This document shows positions 27,067 to 34,545 of a DNA stretch of 64,000 nt, in pieces (positions within the stretch are counted from its first letter, which is position 1; each line of letters opens with the position of its first letter). The stretch is from Bacteroidaceae bacterium (GTDB lineage: Bacteria > Bacteroidota > Bacteroidia > Bacteroidales > Bacteroidaceae), in contig JAFXZK010000084.1 of assembly GCA_017541265.1 (NCBI GenBank), positions 4,217-68,216 of the forward strand. Reading direction: 5' to 3'. The translations under genes were made by a program, and so were the position numbers. A model generated the notes under the pieces. It was not told the origin of the DNA. It was given only the letters and a program-made list of their open reading frames with translations, and ran no database searches.

Positions 27067-28377
27067 TCAGTTCACTTCTATCAGCACCTCGGAGAGGGTG
27101 GGGTGGATGTGGACGGTGTCGCGAAGCTGGCGAAGCGTGGCGCCGAGAGTGATGTAGGCGGTCACTTCCTGCACGATGTCGGCGGCATGTGCGCCGAAGA
27201 CATGCGCGCTGAGCAGTTTGCCTTCATCCAGCTCACAGCAGAGCTTCACCATGCCCTCCGTTTCGTTCATTGCCAAAGCCTTGCCGTTGGCACGGTAGAA
27301 GGACTTATGGCACTCGAAAGGTATGCCGGCCTCCTTGAGCTGGTCTTCCGTTGGGCCAACGCAAGCGGCTTCGGGTTCTGTGAAGATGGCGGCAGGCATG
27401 ACCTCAAAGCGTATCTTGTCCTCAATGCCGAGGATGCGGTTCACGACGTGTATGCCCTGCATCTCTGCAGCGTGGGCGAGCATCTGGCGGCCGTTGACGT
27501 CGCCAATGGCAAAGACCCCCTCTAACTCCCTCTCTATGGGGAGAACTTTGAAGTGCTCATCGACGGGGATGATGCCACCCTTGGCAAGTGCGATGCCTGC
27601 GGCTTCCAGGTTCAGACCCTCTGTGTTGGCCTTGCGGCCCGTTGCCATGAGGATGGCGTCGGCATCGACGGAAAGCTCCTTGCCCTTCTGGTCGAAGAGA
27701 ACGGAGAGACCCGACGAAGAAACGCCGGGCACAACGGCTTTCACGCCAGCACCCATGTAGAACGTGATGCCGCGCTTTTCGAGGAGCTTGCGCAGGCGCT
27801 TGGCAATATCGCTATCCACCATTGGCAGGCATTCCTTGAGGTACTCGATGACCGTCACCTCCGAGCCGAAGCGCTGGAACACACTCGCGAACTCCATGCC
27901 GATGACACCTGCACCGATGATGCAGAGCTTCTTCGGCAGTTCCTTGAGCGCGAGCAAGCCTGTCGAATCGACGACGCGCGGGTTGTCCACTCCTGCGATG
28001 GGCAGCATTTTGGGTGAGCTGCCTGTGGCAATGATGATGTTGGGGGCTGTGTAGGTCTCGTTTGTTGCGACTGAGTCGCAACAGACCGTACGGGCATCGA
28101 CAAAGGAGGCACGGCCACGCACAAGCGTGATGTTGGGATGCGAGAGCAATGTCTCGACACCGCCACGCAAAGCCTCCACCACTTGCGGCTGCCGCTCGAT
28201 GGCTTCAGCGAAAGTGGCGGAGTGGACGTATGTCTTCGTCGGTATGCAGCCCACGTTGAGGCATGTGCCGCCAACATGCGCGTCCTCGAAGATGACGACC
28301 TTGAGGCCATGCTTTGCAGCATGAACGGCTGCCTTGTAACCGCCAGGGCCTGCACCGATGATGATGAGATCAGTCAT
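27067..28377 (-). CDS. lpdA: dihydrolipoyl dehydrogenase (E3 / L-protein)
   Basis: IIGAGPGGY, redox disulfide GGTCLNVGCIPTK, C-terminal HIHPTLSE. The ORF-track N-terminal extension to 28467 is translated word-repeat DNA and is rejected. Confidence 0.9.
   Translation of the reverse strand: MTDLIIIGAGPGGYKAAVHAAKHGLKVVIFEDAHVGGTCLNVGCIPTKTYVHSATFAEAIERQPQVVEALRGGVETLLSHPNITLVRGRASFVDARTVCCDSVATNETYTAPNIIIATGSSPKMLPIAGVDNPRVVDSTGLLALKELPKKLCIIGAGVIGMEFASVFQRFGSEVTVIEYLKECLPMVDSDIAKRLRKLLEKRGITFYMGAGVKAVVPGVSSSGLSVLFDQKGKELSVDADAILMATGRKANTEGLNLEAAGIALAKGGIIPVDEHFKVLPIERELEGVFAIGDVNGRQMLAHAAEMQGIHVVNRILGIEDKIRFEVMPAAIFTEPEAACVGPTEDQLKEAGIPFECHKSFYRANGKALAMNETEGMVKLCCELDEGKLLSAHVFGAHAADIVQEVTAYITLGATLRQLRDTVHIHPTLSEVLIEVN
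27513..27543. repeat. GC-rich palindromic unit inside lpdA (in frame)
   Basis: agaccccctctaactccctctctatggggag is nearly identical to the reverse complement of the right arm of the 51072-51139 copy (agaccctctctaactctcccttaaagggg). Encodes PIERELEGV just before the AIGD motif. Confidence 0.55.
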
Positions 28378-28444
28378 AATAATGAAAGAATGAAATAATG
28401 AAAGAATGAAAGAATGAAGGAATGAAGGAATGAAGGAATGAAAG
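28378..28444. repeat. gaatgaaag word array (left arm flanking the four-helix-bundle gene)
   Basis: aataatgaaagaatgaaataatgaaagaatgaaagaatgaaggaatgaaggaatgaaggaatgaaag. Shares a perfect 22-nt inverted match (aatgaaagaatgaaagaatgaa) with 28854-28892. Confidence 0.8.
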
Positions 28445-28463
28445 TTTGACAGCCATGCTTCAA

Positions 28464-28829
28464 TCATCCATTCTTATCATTTCTCTTTGTGTTTTTTATT
28501 GTTGTTACTAATGTTCCTATTATCACGTTCAAATCATTCACGTTAGAATCAAATTGCTTGACACTAATGTTCTCTGAATCAAACAATAACTCGAGCCAGT
28601 ATTTAGTTTCCGTAGCTTCTTTAAGAGAGATGCTCAATTTATTGACAAAGTCTGCTCGGCTTTGAGCATTGATACTTTCCGCGATATTTGCACCTATACT
28701 TGTTCCGCTGCGGTAAACTTGTTTTGACATGACAAACTCCTTTTTCTCATTACATAGAAATGTATAGAGTTTTATCACTCTCAAAGCGAATTTCTTACTT
28801 AACTCATATAGTATATTGTCATGTGTCAT
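28464..28829 (-). CDS. four-helix-bundle protein (23S rRNA intervening-sequence protein family)
   Basis: SGTSIGANIAES...ISLKEATETKYWLELL pattern typical of this family. Visibly AT-rich. Flanked by inverted gaatgaaag arrays. Confidence 0.8.
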   Translation of the reverse strand: MTHDNILYELSKKFALRVIKLYTFLCNEKKEFVMSKQVYRSGTSIGANIAESINAQSRADFVNKLSISLKEATETKYWLELLFDSENISVKQFDSNVNDLNVIIGTLVTTIKNTKRNDKNG

Positions 28830-28853
28830 TTAATTCATGGAACTTCTGTCAAG

Positions 28854-28892
28854 TTTTCATTTTTCATTCTTTCATTCTTTCATTTTTCATTT
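28854..28892. repeat. ctttcattc word array (right arm flanking the four-helix-bundle gene)
   Basis: ttttcatttttcattctttcattctttcatttttcattt. Overlaps the last codons of gcvPB. Confidence 0.8.
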
Positions 28893-30279
28893 GACGGAAC
28901 GTCACAATAGGATGCTTGGCAGCCAGTACATCGTCAACGCGGCCGATGGGCGTGTTGTGTGGTGCAGACTTCACCTTGTCGGGGTCGGTCTTGGCTTCCT
29001 CGGCTATCTGGCGCATGACGGCAATGAAGCCGTCGAGCGTCTCCTTGCTCTCGTTCTCGGTCGGCTCAACCATGAGGCTCTCATGGAAGAGCAGCGGGAA
29101 GTAGATGGTGGGAGCGTGGTAGCCGTAGTCCAAGAGGCGCTTGGCAACGTCCATTGTCGTTACGCCTGTGCTCTTGTCCTTCAAGCCGTCGAACACAAAC
29201 TCGTGGCAGCAAAGGCCGTCGATGGGCAGCTCATAGACATCCTTGAGGCTCTCCTTGATGTAGTTGGCGTTGAGGACGGCAAGCGGACCAACTTCCTTGA
29301 TGTTCTCACGACCAAGGGAGAGAATGTAGGCGTAGGCACGCATCATCACGCCGAAGTTGCCATGATAGGGCGAGACGCAGGGGAAGAACTCCTGCAAGCC
29401 TTCGCGCACGCCGACAGGACCTGCGCCGGGGCCGCCGCCGCCGTGAGGCGTGGAGAACGTCTTGTGCAGGTTGATGTGCATCACGTCGAAGCCCATGTCG
29501 CCAGGACGGCAGGCACCGAGCATCGGGTTGAGGTTCGCACCGTCGTAGTACATGAGGCCACCGCAGCCGTGAATGAGCTTGGCAATCTCCGGGATGCGTG
29601 TCTCGAAGAGGCCGAGTGTGTTGGGGTTCGTCATCATCATGGCGGCGATGGAATCACCGCTTACGGAACAGATGCGCTGCAGGTCGTCGAAATCAACGGT
29701 GCCGTCAGCAAGGCTCTTCACTTCGATGATCTCCAAGCCGCAGACAGCCGCAGAGGCGGGGTTGGTGCCGTGGGCTGAGTCGGGGACAATGACCTTCTTT
29801 CTTGCCAAGTCTCCGCGCGAGCGATGATAGTTGTCGATGGTCATCAAGCCGGTCAGCTCGCCGTGCGCGCCGGCGTAGGGCTTGAAGGTGAAGTGAGCGA
29901 GGCCAGTCAGCTCACAGAGAGACTTCTCCAAGAGAGCCACGAGAGCCAGTGCGCCTTGCGTCGTCTTGGCAGGCTGCTCGGGATGAAGGTTCTGGAACTG
30001 CGGCTGGGCTGCCATTTCTTCGTTAATCTTCGGGTTGTACTTCATGGTACAAGAGCCAAGAGGATAGAAGCCGGTGTCAACGCCGAAGTTGTTGTTCGAG
30101 AGGTTCGTGTAGTGGCGAACGACGGTCAGCTCATCACATTCCGGCAGGCGGGCATCCTCGGAACGCCGCATAGAAGCAGGCACTTCGTAGCGGCCAAAGT
30201 TGTTCTTCGGCAGGCTGTAGCCTTTGCGGCCCTCCTTCGAAAGCTCGAAAATCAGGTTTCCATACAATCTGTTATTCAT
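28864..30279 (-). CDS. gcvPB: glycine dehydrogenase (aminomethyl-transferring) subunit 2
   Basis: P-protein beta-subunit pattern including NLHKTFSTPHGGGGPG (PLP Lys). Overlaps the gcvPA stop by 4 nt. The last ~8 codons lie in a word array. Confidence 0.9.
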   Translation of the reverse strand: MNNRLYGNLIFELSKEGRKGYSLPKNNFGRYEVPASMRRSEDARLPECDELTVVRHYTNLSNNNFGVDTGFYPLGSCTMKYNPKINEEMAAQPQFQNLHPEQPAKTTQGALALVALLEKSLCELTGLAHFTFKPYAGAHGELTGLMTIDNYHRSRGDLARKKVIVPDSAHGTNPASAAVCGLEIIEVKSLADGTVDFDDLQRICSVSGDSIAAMMMTNPNTLGLFETRIPEIAKLIHGCGGLMYYDGANLNPMLGACRPGDMGFDVMHINLHKTFSTPHGGGGPGAGPVGVREGLQEFFPCVSPYHGNFGVMMRAYAYILSLGRENIKEVGPLAVLNANYIKESLKDVYELPIDGLCCHEFVFDGLKDKSTGVTTMDVAKRLLDYGYHAPTIYFPLLFHESLMVEPTENESKETLDGFIAVMRQIAEEAKTDPDKVKSAPHNTPIGRVDDVLAAKHPIVTFRQMKNERMKE

Positions 30280-31589
30280 AGGGCAGCAAGTTTTACGAGG
30301 TTATCAATTTCTTCTTTCGACCTTTTCTCTGTGACAGCGAAGAGCAGTCCGCCATCGAACTTCACGCCGCCAAGGAAGCCGGCCTCGATGAAGCGCTGGT
30401 AGAGGGCATCAACATCGTCGTCGTACTTGACGTGGAACTCGTTGAAGAACGGCTTGTCGTAGGTCAGATGGAACTTGCCGGTCTTGAGCAACGCATCGCA
30501 GAGGTAGTGTGCTCCGGCGTAGGAGAGTTCGGCAGCTTCCTTCACGCCCTGCTTGCCCATCAAAGACATATAGACAGTCACGAAGAGTGCCATTAGGCTC
30601 TGGTTGGAGCAGATGTTGGACGTTGCCTTCTGCCTGCGGATGTGTTGTTCGCGGGCTTGCAGGGTCAGGACGAAGGCGCGTTGGTCGCGGTTGTCCTTCG
30701 TCATGCCCACAATACGTCCTGGCATCTTGCGGATGAGCTTCTCTGTGCAGCACATGTAGCCGACGTAGGGGCCACCGAAGAGCATGGGAATACCGAGGCT
30801 CTGGCCGTCGCCCACAGCAATGTCGGCTTGCCATTCGCCCGGCGTCTTGAGTACAGCGAGGTCGGCTGCCACATTATCTATAATAAAGAGCGCTTTCTTG
30901 TCGTGGCAAGCATCGGCAAAGCCTGTGAAGTCTTCCACGATGCCATAGACGTTGGGCTGTTGCACCATGACACCAGCCACATCGCCTGCTGCCAGCTGTG
31001 CTTCGAGGTCTTGCTTCGAAGTCACACCGTCCTTGAGAGGAATGGTGACGAGTTCGATGCCTTGATGCAGGGCGTAGGTGTCGAGTACCTCGCGTGTCCT
31101 TGGGTTCATGCCTGCAGACACGAGGACTTTGTTCTGCTTCTTGCCGGCAGCGACGCTCATCATCATGGCCTCGGCAGCGGCAGTCGTGCCGTCGTACATC
31201 GAGGCGTTGGCGATGTCCATGCCTGTCAGCTCGGCCATCATGCTTTGGTATTCAAAGATGTAGTGCAGTGTGCCTTGCGAGATTTCTGCCTGATAGGGCG
31301 TATAGGACGTGAGGAACTCCGAGCGTTGCAGCAGGCTTGGAATCACGGAGGGCGTGTAGTGGTCATAGACACCGAAGCCGGCAAAGCAGGTCAGCTGCTC
31401 GTTCTGTTCGCCCAGCTTCTTGAAGGTGTCGCGCACTTCCAGCTCGCTCATCTCCGACGGCAGCTTGTAGTCGCCTCGGAAACGAATGCTTTCTGGAATT
31501 TGGGCGTAGAGGCCATCGAGATTCTTGACGCCGACCTTCGCAAGCATTGCCTGAAGGTCGGCATCAGTTTGAGGATAATACTTGTACAT
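30276..31589 (-). CDS. gcvPA: glycine dehydrogenase (aminomethyl-transferring) subunit 1
   Basis: P-protein alpha-subunit pattern SYTPYQAEISQGTL. Operon context. Confidence 0.9.
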   Translation of the reverse strand: MYKYYPQTDADLQAMLAKVGVKNLDGLYAQIPESIRFRGDYKLPSEMSELEVRDTFKKLGEQNEQLTCFAGFGVYDHYTPSVIPSLLQRSEFLTSYTPYQAEISQGTLHYIFEYQSMMAELTGMDIANASMYDGTTAAAEAMMMSVAAGKKQNKVLVSAGMNPRTREVLDTYALHQGIELVTIPLKDGVTSKQDLEAQLAAGDVAGVMVQQPNVYGIVEDFTGFADACHDKKALFIIDNVAADLAVLKTPGEWQADIAVGDGQSLGIPMLFGGPYVGYMCCTEKLIRKMPGRIVGMTKDNRDQRAFVLTLQAREQHIRRQKATSNICSNQSLMALFVTVYMSLMGKQGVKEAAELSYAGAHYLCDALLKTGKFHLTYDKPFFNEFHVKYDDDVDALYQRFIEAGFLGGVKFDGGLLFAVTEKRSKEEIDNLVKLAAL

Positions 31590-31660
31590 TTTCGTAATTG
31601 TCGTTTTCTGTTTTCGTAATAACGTGATAACGTAATGACGTTATAACGAGACATCGGACG

Positions 31661-32041
31661 TTACTCGGCGCAATGTGCCTTGTAAGCTTCGACATCCATG
31701 AGAGCATCGAGTTCCGATGGGTCGGAGAGCTGCACCTTGATAATCCAGTTGCCGAAAGCGTCTTCGTTCAGAAGCTCTGGCTTGTCTTCGAGAGCCTCGT
31801 TGACCTCAACGACGGTGCCGCTGACGGGAGAGATGAGGTCGCTTGCTGCCTTGACGCTCTCAACGGCGCCAAACTCTTCGCCTGCCGTGACTTCGTCATC
31901 CACATCGGGCATATCGACGTAAACCACATTGCCGAGCGCGTGCTGGGCATAGTCAGAGATACCTACATAACCGTATTCGCCTTCAACGCGAATGTACTCG
32001 TGTGACTCGCTGTAGCGGAGTCCTTCTTCAAATTTTGCCAT
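31661..32041 (-). CDS. gcvH: glycine cleavage system H protein
   Basis: Lipoyl-lysine motif VESVKAASD. 126 aa. Confidence 0.95.
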   Translation of the reverse strand: MAKFEEGLRYSESHEYIRVEGEYGYVGISDYAQHALGNVVYVDMPDVDDEVTAGEEFGAVESVKAASDLISPVSGTVVEVNEALEDKPELLNEDAFGNWIIKVQLSDPSELDALMDVEAYKAHCAE

Positions 32042-32046
32042 AGTTG

Positions 32047-33126
32047 TTACTTTTTATAATGTTTGTCATAGAATTTTTTCTTTACCACTTTGCCCTCGAA
32101 GACCTTTTTGCGAATCTGTACGGAGAGCGGGGTGTCGAGTTTTGCGAACTCGGTCTTGACGAGAGCCATGCAGACGCTCTTATCGACGCTGAGGCAATGG
32201 TAGCCGGTCGTGACTTCGCCTACGACTTCGCCTGCCTCGTTGAGGACAGCATAGCCGTGACGGGGGATTGCCTTGTCGGCAAGTTCGATGCCCACGAGCT
32301 TCTGCGCTACGCCGTTGGCTTTCTGTTCTGCGAGAGCTTCCTTGCCGATGAACTCGGGCTTGTCGAGCTTGCAGAACATCGAGAGGCCAGCCATAACGGG
32401 CGAGATGTCGGCGCTGAGTTCGTCGCCATAAAGCGGCAGACCTACTTCGAAGCGGAGTGTATCGCGACAGCCAAGGCCGCAAGGCTTGCAGCGGCCGCTC
32501 TCGATGAGCTTGTCCCAAGCCTTCTGCGTGAACTCGTGCGAGCCGTAGATCTCGAAGCCGTCCTCGCCTGTATAACCTGTGCGGCTAATGATGATGTCGC
32601 CCACAACCTTCGCAGTGTAGAACTTCAGGTCGCGTCCGTCGATGCCAAGCACGTCGAGGACGACGGCTTCTGCTTCTGGGCCTTGCACGGCAAGCTGCCC
32701 GTAGTAGTCGCTCTGATGGTCGAGCTTGATGTCGAAACCGGCAGTATGCTCCTTCATCCAAGCCACATCCTTGTCGATGTTGGCGGCGTTGATGACGAGG
32801 AAGAAGTCATTCTCGCCCATCTTATAGACGAGGAGGTCATCCACCGTGCCGCCGTTGGGATAGAGCATCATGCCGTAGTAGATTTGTCCGACGGGTGCGC
32901 CGCTGACATCGTTCGTAAAGATGTGCTGGACGTAGCGCTCTGCATCGGGACCAGTGATGCGCACTTCGCCCATGTGGCTCACGTCGAACACGCCGCAGTG
33001 CTGGCGCACGGCGTTGTGCTCGTCGGTGATGTTCGTGTACTGGATGGGCATGATGAATCCGCCGAAGGGTGACATGAGTGCGCCCAATGCCACATGGCGG
33101 TCATAGAGACATGTTTTCTTTTCCAT
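32047..33126 (-). CDS. gcvT: glycine cleavage system aminomethyltransferase T
   Basis: Typical GcvT N-terminus LYDRHVALGALMSPFGGFIMPIQY...HNAVRQHCGVFDVSHMG. Confidence 0.95.
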   Translation of the reverse strand: MEKKTCLYDRHVALGALMSPFGGFIMPIQYTNITDEHNAVRQHCGVFDVSHMGEVRITGPDAERYVQHIFTNDVSGAPVGQIYYGMMLYPNGGTVDDLLVYKMGENDFFLVINAANIDKDVAWMKEHTAGFDIKLDHQSDYYGQLAVQGPEAEAVVLDVLGIDGRDLKFYTAKVVGDIIISRTGYTGEDGFEIYGSHEFTQKAWDKLIESGRCKPCGLGCRDTLRFEVGLPLYGDELSADISPVMAGLSMFCKLDKPEFIGKEALAEQKANGVAQKLVGIELADKAIPRHGYAVLNEAGEVVGEVTTGYHCLSVDKSVCMALVKTEFAKLDTPLSVQIRKKVFEGKVVKKKFYDKHYKK

Positions 33127-33892
33127 AGATAAATTCAGGTTTTAGGTATTCTTGTTCGATGGTTTCAATGTTTTTCACGTCCTCTTCTGTAAGTTGCAAA
33201 TCGTCGGAGCAAAGCCTTTTTATGGCAAAAGCCTTGAACTCCTCGATGGTGATGTCGGTGTGCTCCTTGAGGAGCGTGATGCGCTGGCGCACGCTTTCGA
33301 CGCCGTGCTTCGTGAGTTTCTGCCGGGGCGGCGTGATGGCATTCAGCATGTGCTGCATGTCGGTGTCGAAGAGCATTGTGCCGTGGACGATGCTGTAGCC
33401 GGGTTTGTGGTAGAAAGCGTTGCCCGAGACCTTCCGTCCGCCGATGAGGATGTCGTTGTGCTCCGTGGATGTTGCCTCCAGTCCCAGCTCTCGGAGCATC
33501 CCGCAGACCATGTCCATGTACTCCTTGAAAGTTGTCTGCACCTCGTCGGAGCGTGTGATGTAGCTCATCATCACGTTGTGGGTGTCGGCATAGACGCAGC
33601 CGCCGCCGCTCTTTCGCCTGTAGAACTGTATGCCGTGCTCACGGCAATAGTCCAGGTTCACCTCGTTCTCAATCACCTGGTTGCGCCCGAAGATGACCGT
33701 CGGCTCCACTTGCCAGAGGAAGAAAGCCCCCTCCCCGCTCCCCCTTTGGGGGAGTGCTTCATTCCCGCTGCCTCGCCGCTCAAGAGCACTCCCCCAAAGG
33801 GGGAGCGGGGAGGGGGCTACTGCCCATTCCTCCATCGCCAGGTAGAAGCTGAGCCGCCGCGTCTCGTCTGTGGGAAGTACCAAGTGTGTCAT
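33101..33892 (-). CDS. lipoate-protein ligase family protein, carrying an in-frame palindromic insertion
   Basis: LplA-type motifs FYLAMEEW, FLWQVEPTVIFGRNQ, RRKSGGGCVYAD, GRKVSGNA. Overlaps the gcvT start by 26 nt. First gene of the gcv operon. Confidence 0.8.
   Translation of the reverse strand: MTHLVLPTDETRRLSFYLAMEEWAVAPSPLPLWGSALERRGSGNEALPQRGSGEGAFFLWQVEPTVIFGRNQVIENEVNLDYCREHGIQFYRRKSGGGCVYADTHNVMMSYITRSDEVQTTFKEYMDMVCGMLRELGLEATSTEHNDILIGGRKVSGNAFYHKPGYSIVHGTMLFDTDMQHMLNAITPPRQKLTKHGVESVRQRITLLKEHTDITIEEFKAFAIKRLCSDDLQLTEEDVKNIETIEQEYLKPEFIYGKENMSL
33726..33817. repeat. GC-rich palindromic element (two inverted units) inside the lipoate-protein ligase gene, in frame
   Basis: Perfect 33-nt inverted arms: 33726-33758 gccccctccccgctccccctttgggggagtgct and 33785-33817 agcactcccccaaagggggagcggggagggggc, with a 26-nt spacer. 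Each arm contains its own hairpin. Confidence 0.85.
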
Positions 33893-33900
33893 TCCGCCTA

Positions 33901-33908
33901 CAAAGATA
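33901..33908 (-). promoter_or_regulatory. -7 box (tatctttg on minus strand), lplA-gcv operon
   Basis: Only 8 nt upstream of the ATG at 33892. Confidence 0.5.
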
Positions 33909-34359
33909 CAAAGAAAAGTTGATATGTTGAAAAATAAAAAGGCTAAAAAGAATGCAGATTGATGATTTCATGTAAAAAAGCCCCATGCGGGCGATGCTCT
34001 TAAAGGGAAAAACGTCACATGGGGGCTAAAATACTCCCCGCAAGGGAAGAGTTAAATAGTTTTTGTTGGGGTAGGGTACAAAAGGAATATGATTATCCGC
34101 AATCTGCCTATGATTGTAAAATCTTTTCGCAATTGCGGCTCTTCTGACAGCGTTTTTCCTCTTGCGGGGCGTTTTGATACCCAAAGGGCAGGAAATGGGC
34201 TTAAATCGAATCGCCACTGACAATCAGACGGTTGCGAGGCGACATTGCGGAATGGTTTGTTAAAAAAGTATTGCAACTTAACGAGATAGTGTTAAACGAG
34301 ATAAAGTTTTGGGGCAAAATGGGCATGGATTGAAGGTGAAAAGAACGTGGGGTTTGGTT

Positions 34360-34401
34360 CATAAGAACGTGGACTTATGACCATAAGTCCACGTTCTTAT
34401 G
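34360..34401. repeat. perfect 20-bp inverted repeat (hairpin) downstream of ddh
   Basis: cataagaacgtggacttatg-ac-cataagtccacgttcttatg. Shares the words cataagaacg and cataagtcc with the cysK-downstream repeat. Confidence 0.85.
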
Positions 34402-34545
34402 AGAAACGAGGCATGCTTCATCTACCAAAACGCCGTTTAGTCCTTGCTTTTTATGTAAAGAATTTTGACTGACAGGCACCAGGCACAAAAAAGCCTTTCA
34501 ACGGATGGCGTTGAAAGGCTGCGAGGAAGTGAGCTTCCTCTTATG

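Noticed and set aside
28378-28444. Word arrays (here and at 5404-5517, 22250-22350, 57715-57780, 8772-8853) looked superficially like CRISPR or minisatellite arrays.
   Set aside because: The units are 6-22 nt and directly abutting or degenerate, with no unique spacers of uniform length. No cas genes are in the window.
27067-28467. N-terminal extensions offered by the ORF track: lpdA to 28467, der to 4057, lptB to 10363, the glycosidase-like gene to 45829, the LuxR-type gene to 53465, and the beta-lactamase-like gene to 2564.
   Set aside because: The extensions translate word-repeat or promoter DNA (for example FHSFIPSFLHSFILSLFHSFII), contain the -7 box, or overlap the upstream gene. Conserved N-termini or signal peptides begin at the internal ATGs chosen.
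34190-34260. B12-box-like GCCACTG (34213-34219) preceded by agggcaggaaatgggcttaaatc, reminiscent of a cobalamin riboswitch core.
   Set aside because: The other conserved cobalamin-riboswitch segments are not recognisable. There is also no downstream gene on the plus strand, because ddh converges. Probably chance or a decayed remnant.
33893-34400. Glycine riboswitch expected upstream of a gcv operon.
   Set aside because: Reading the minus strand, I could not find the conserved GGAGAG...CACCG...ACCGAAGGGGCAA-type cores. A -7 box sits 8 nt from the first ATG, leaving no leader. A covariance-model scan would be decisive.
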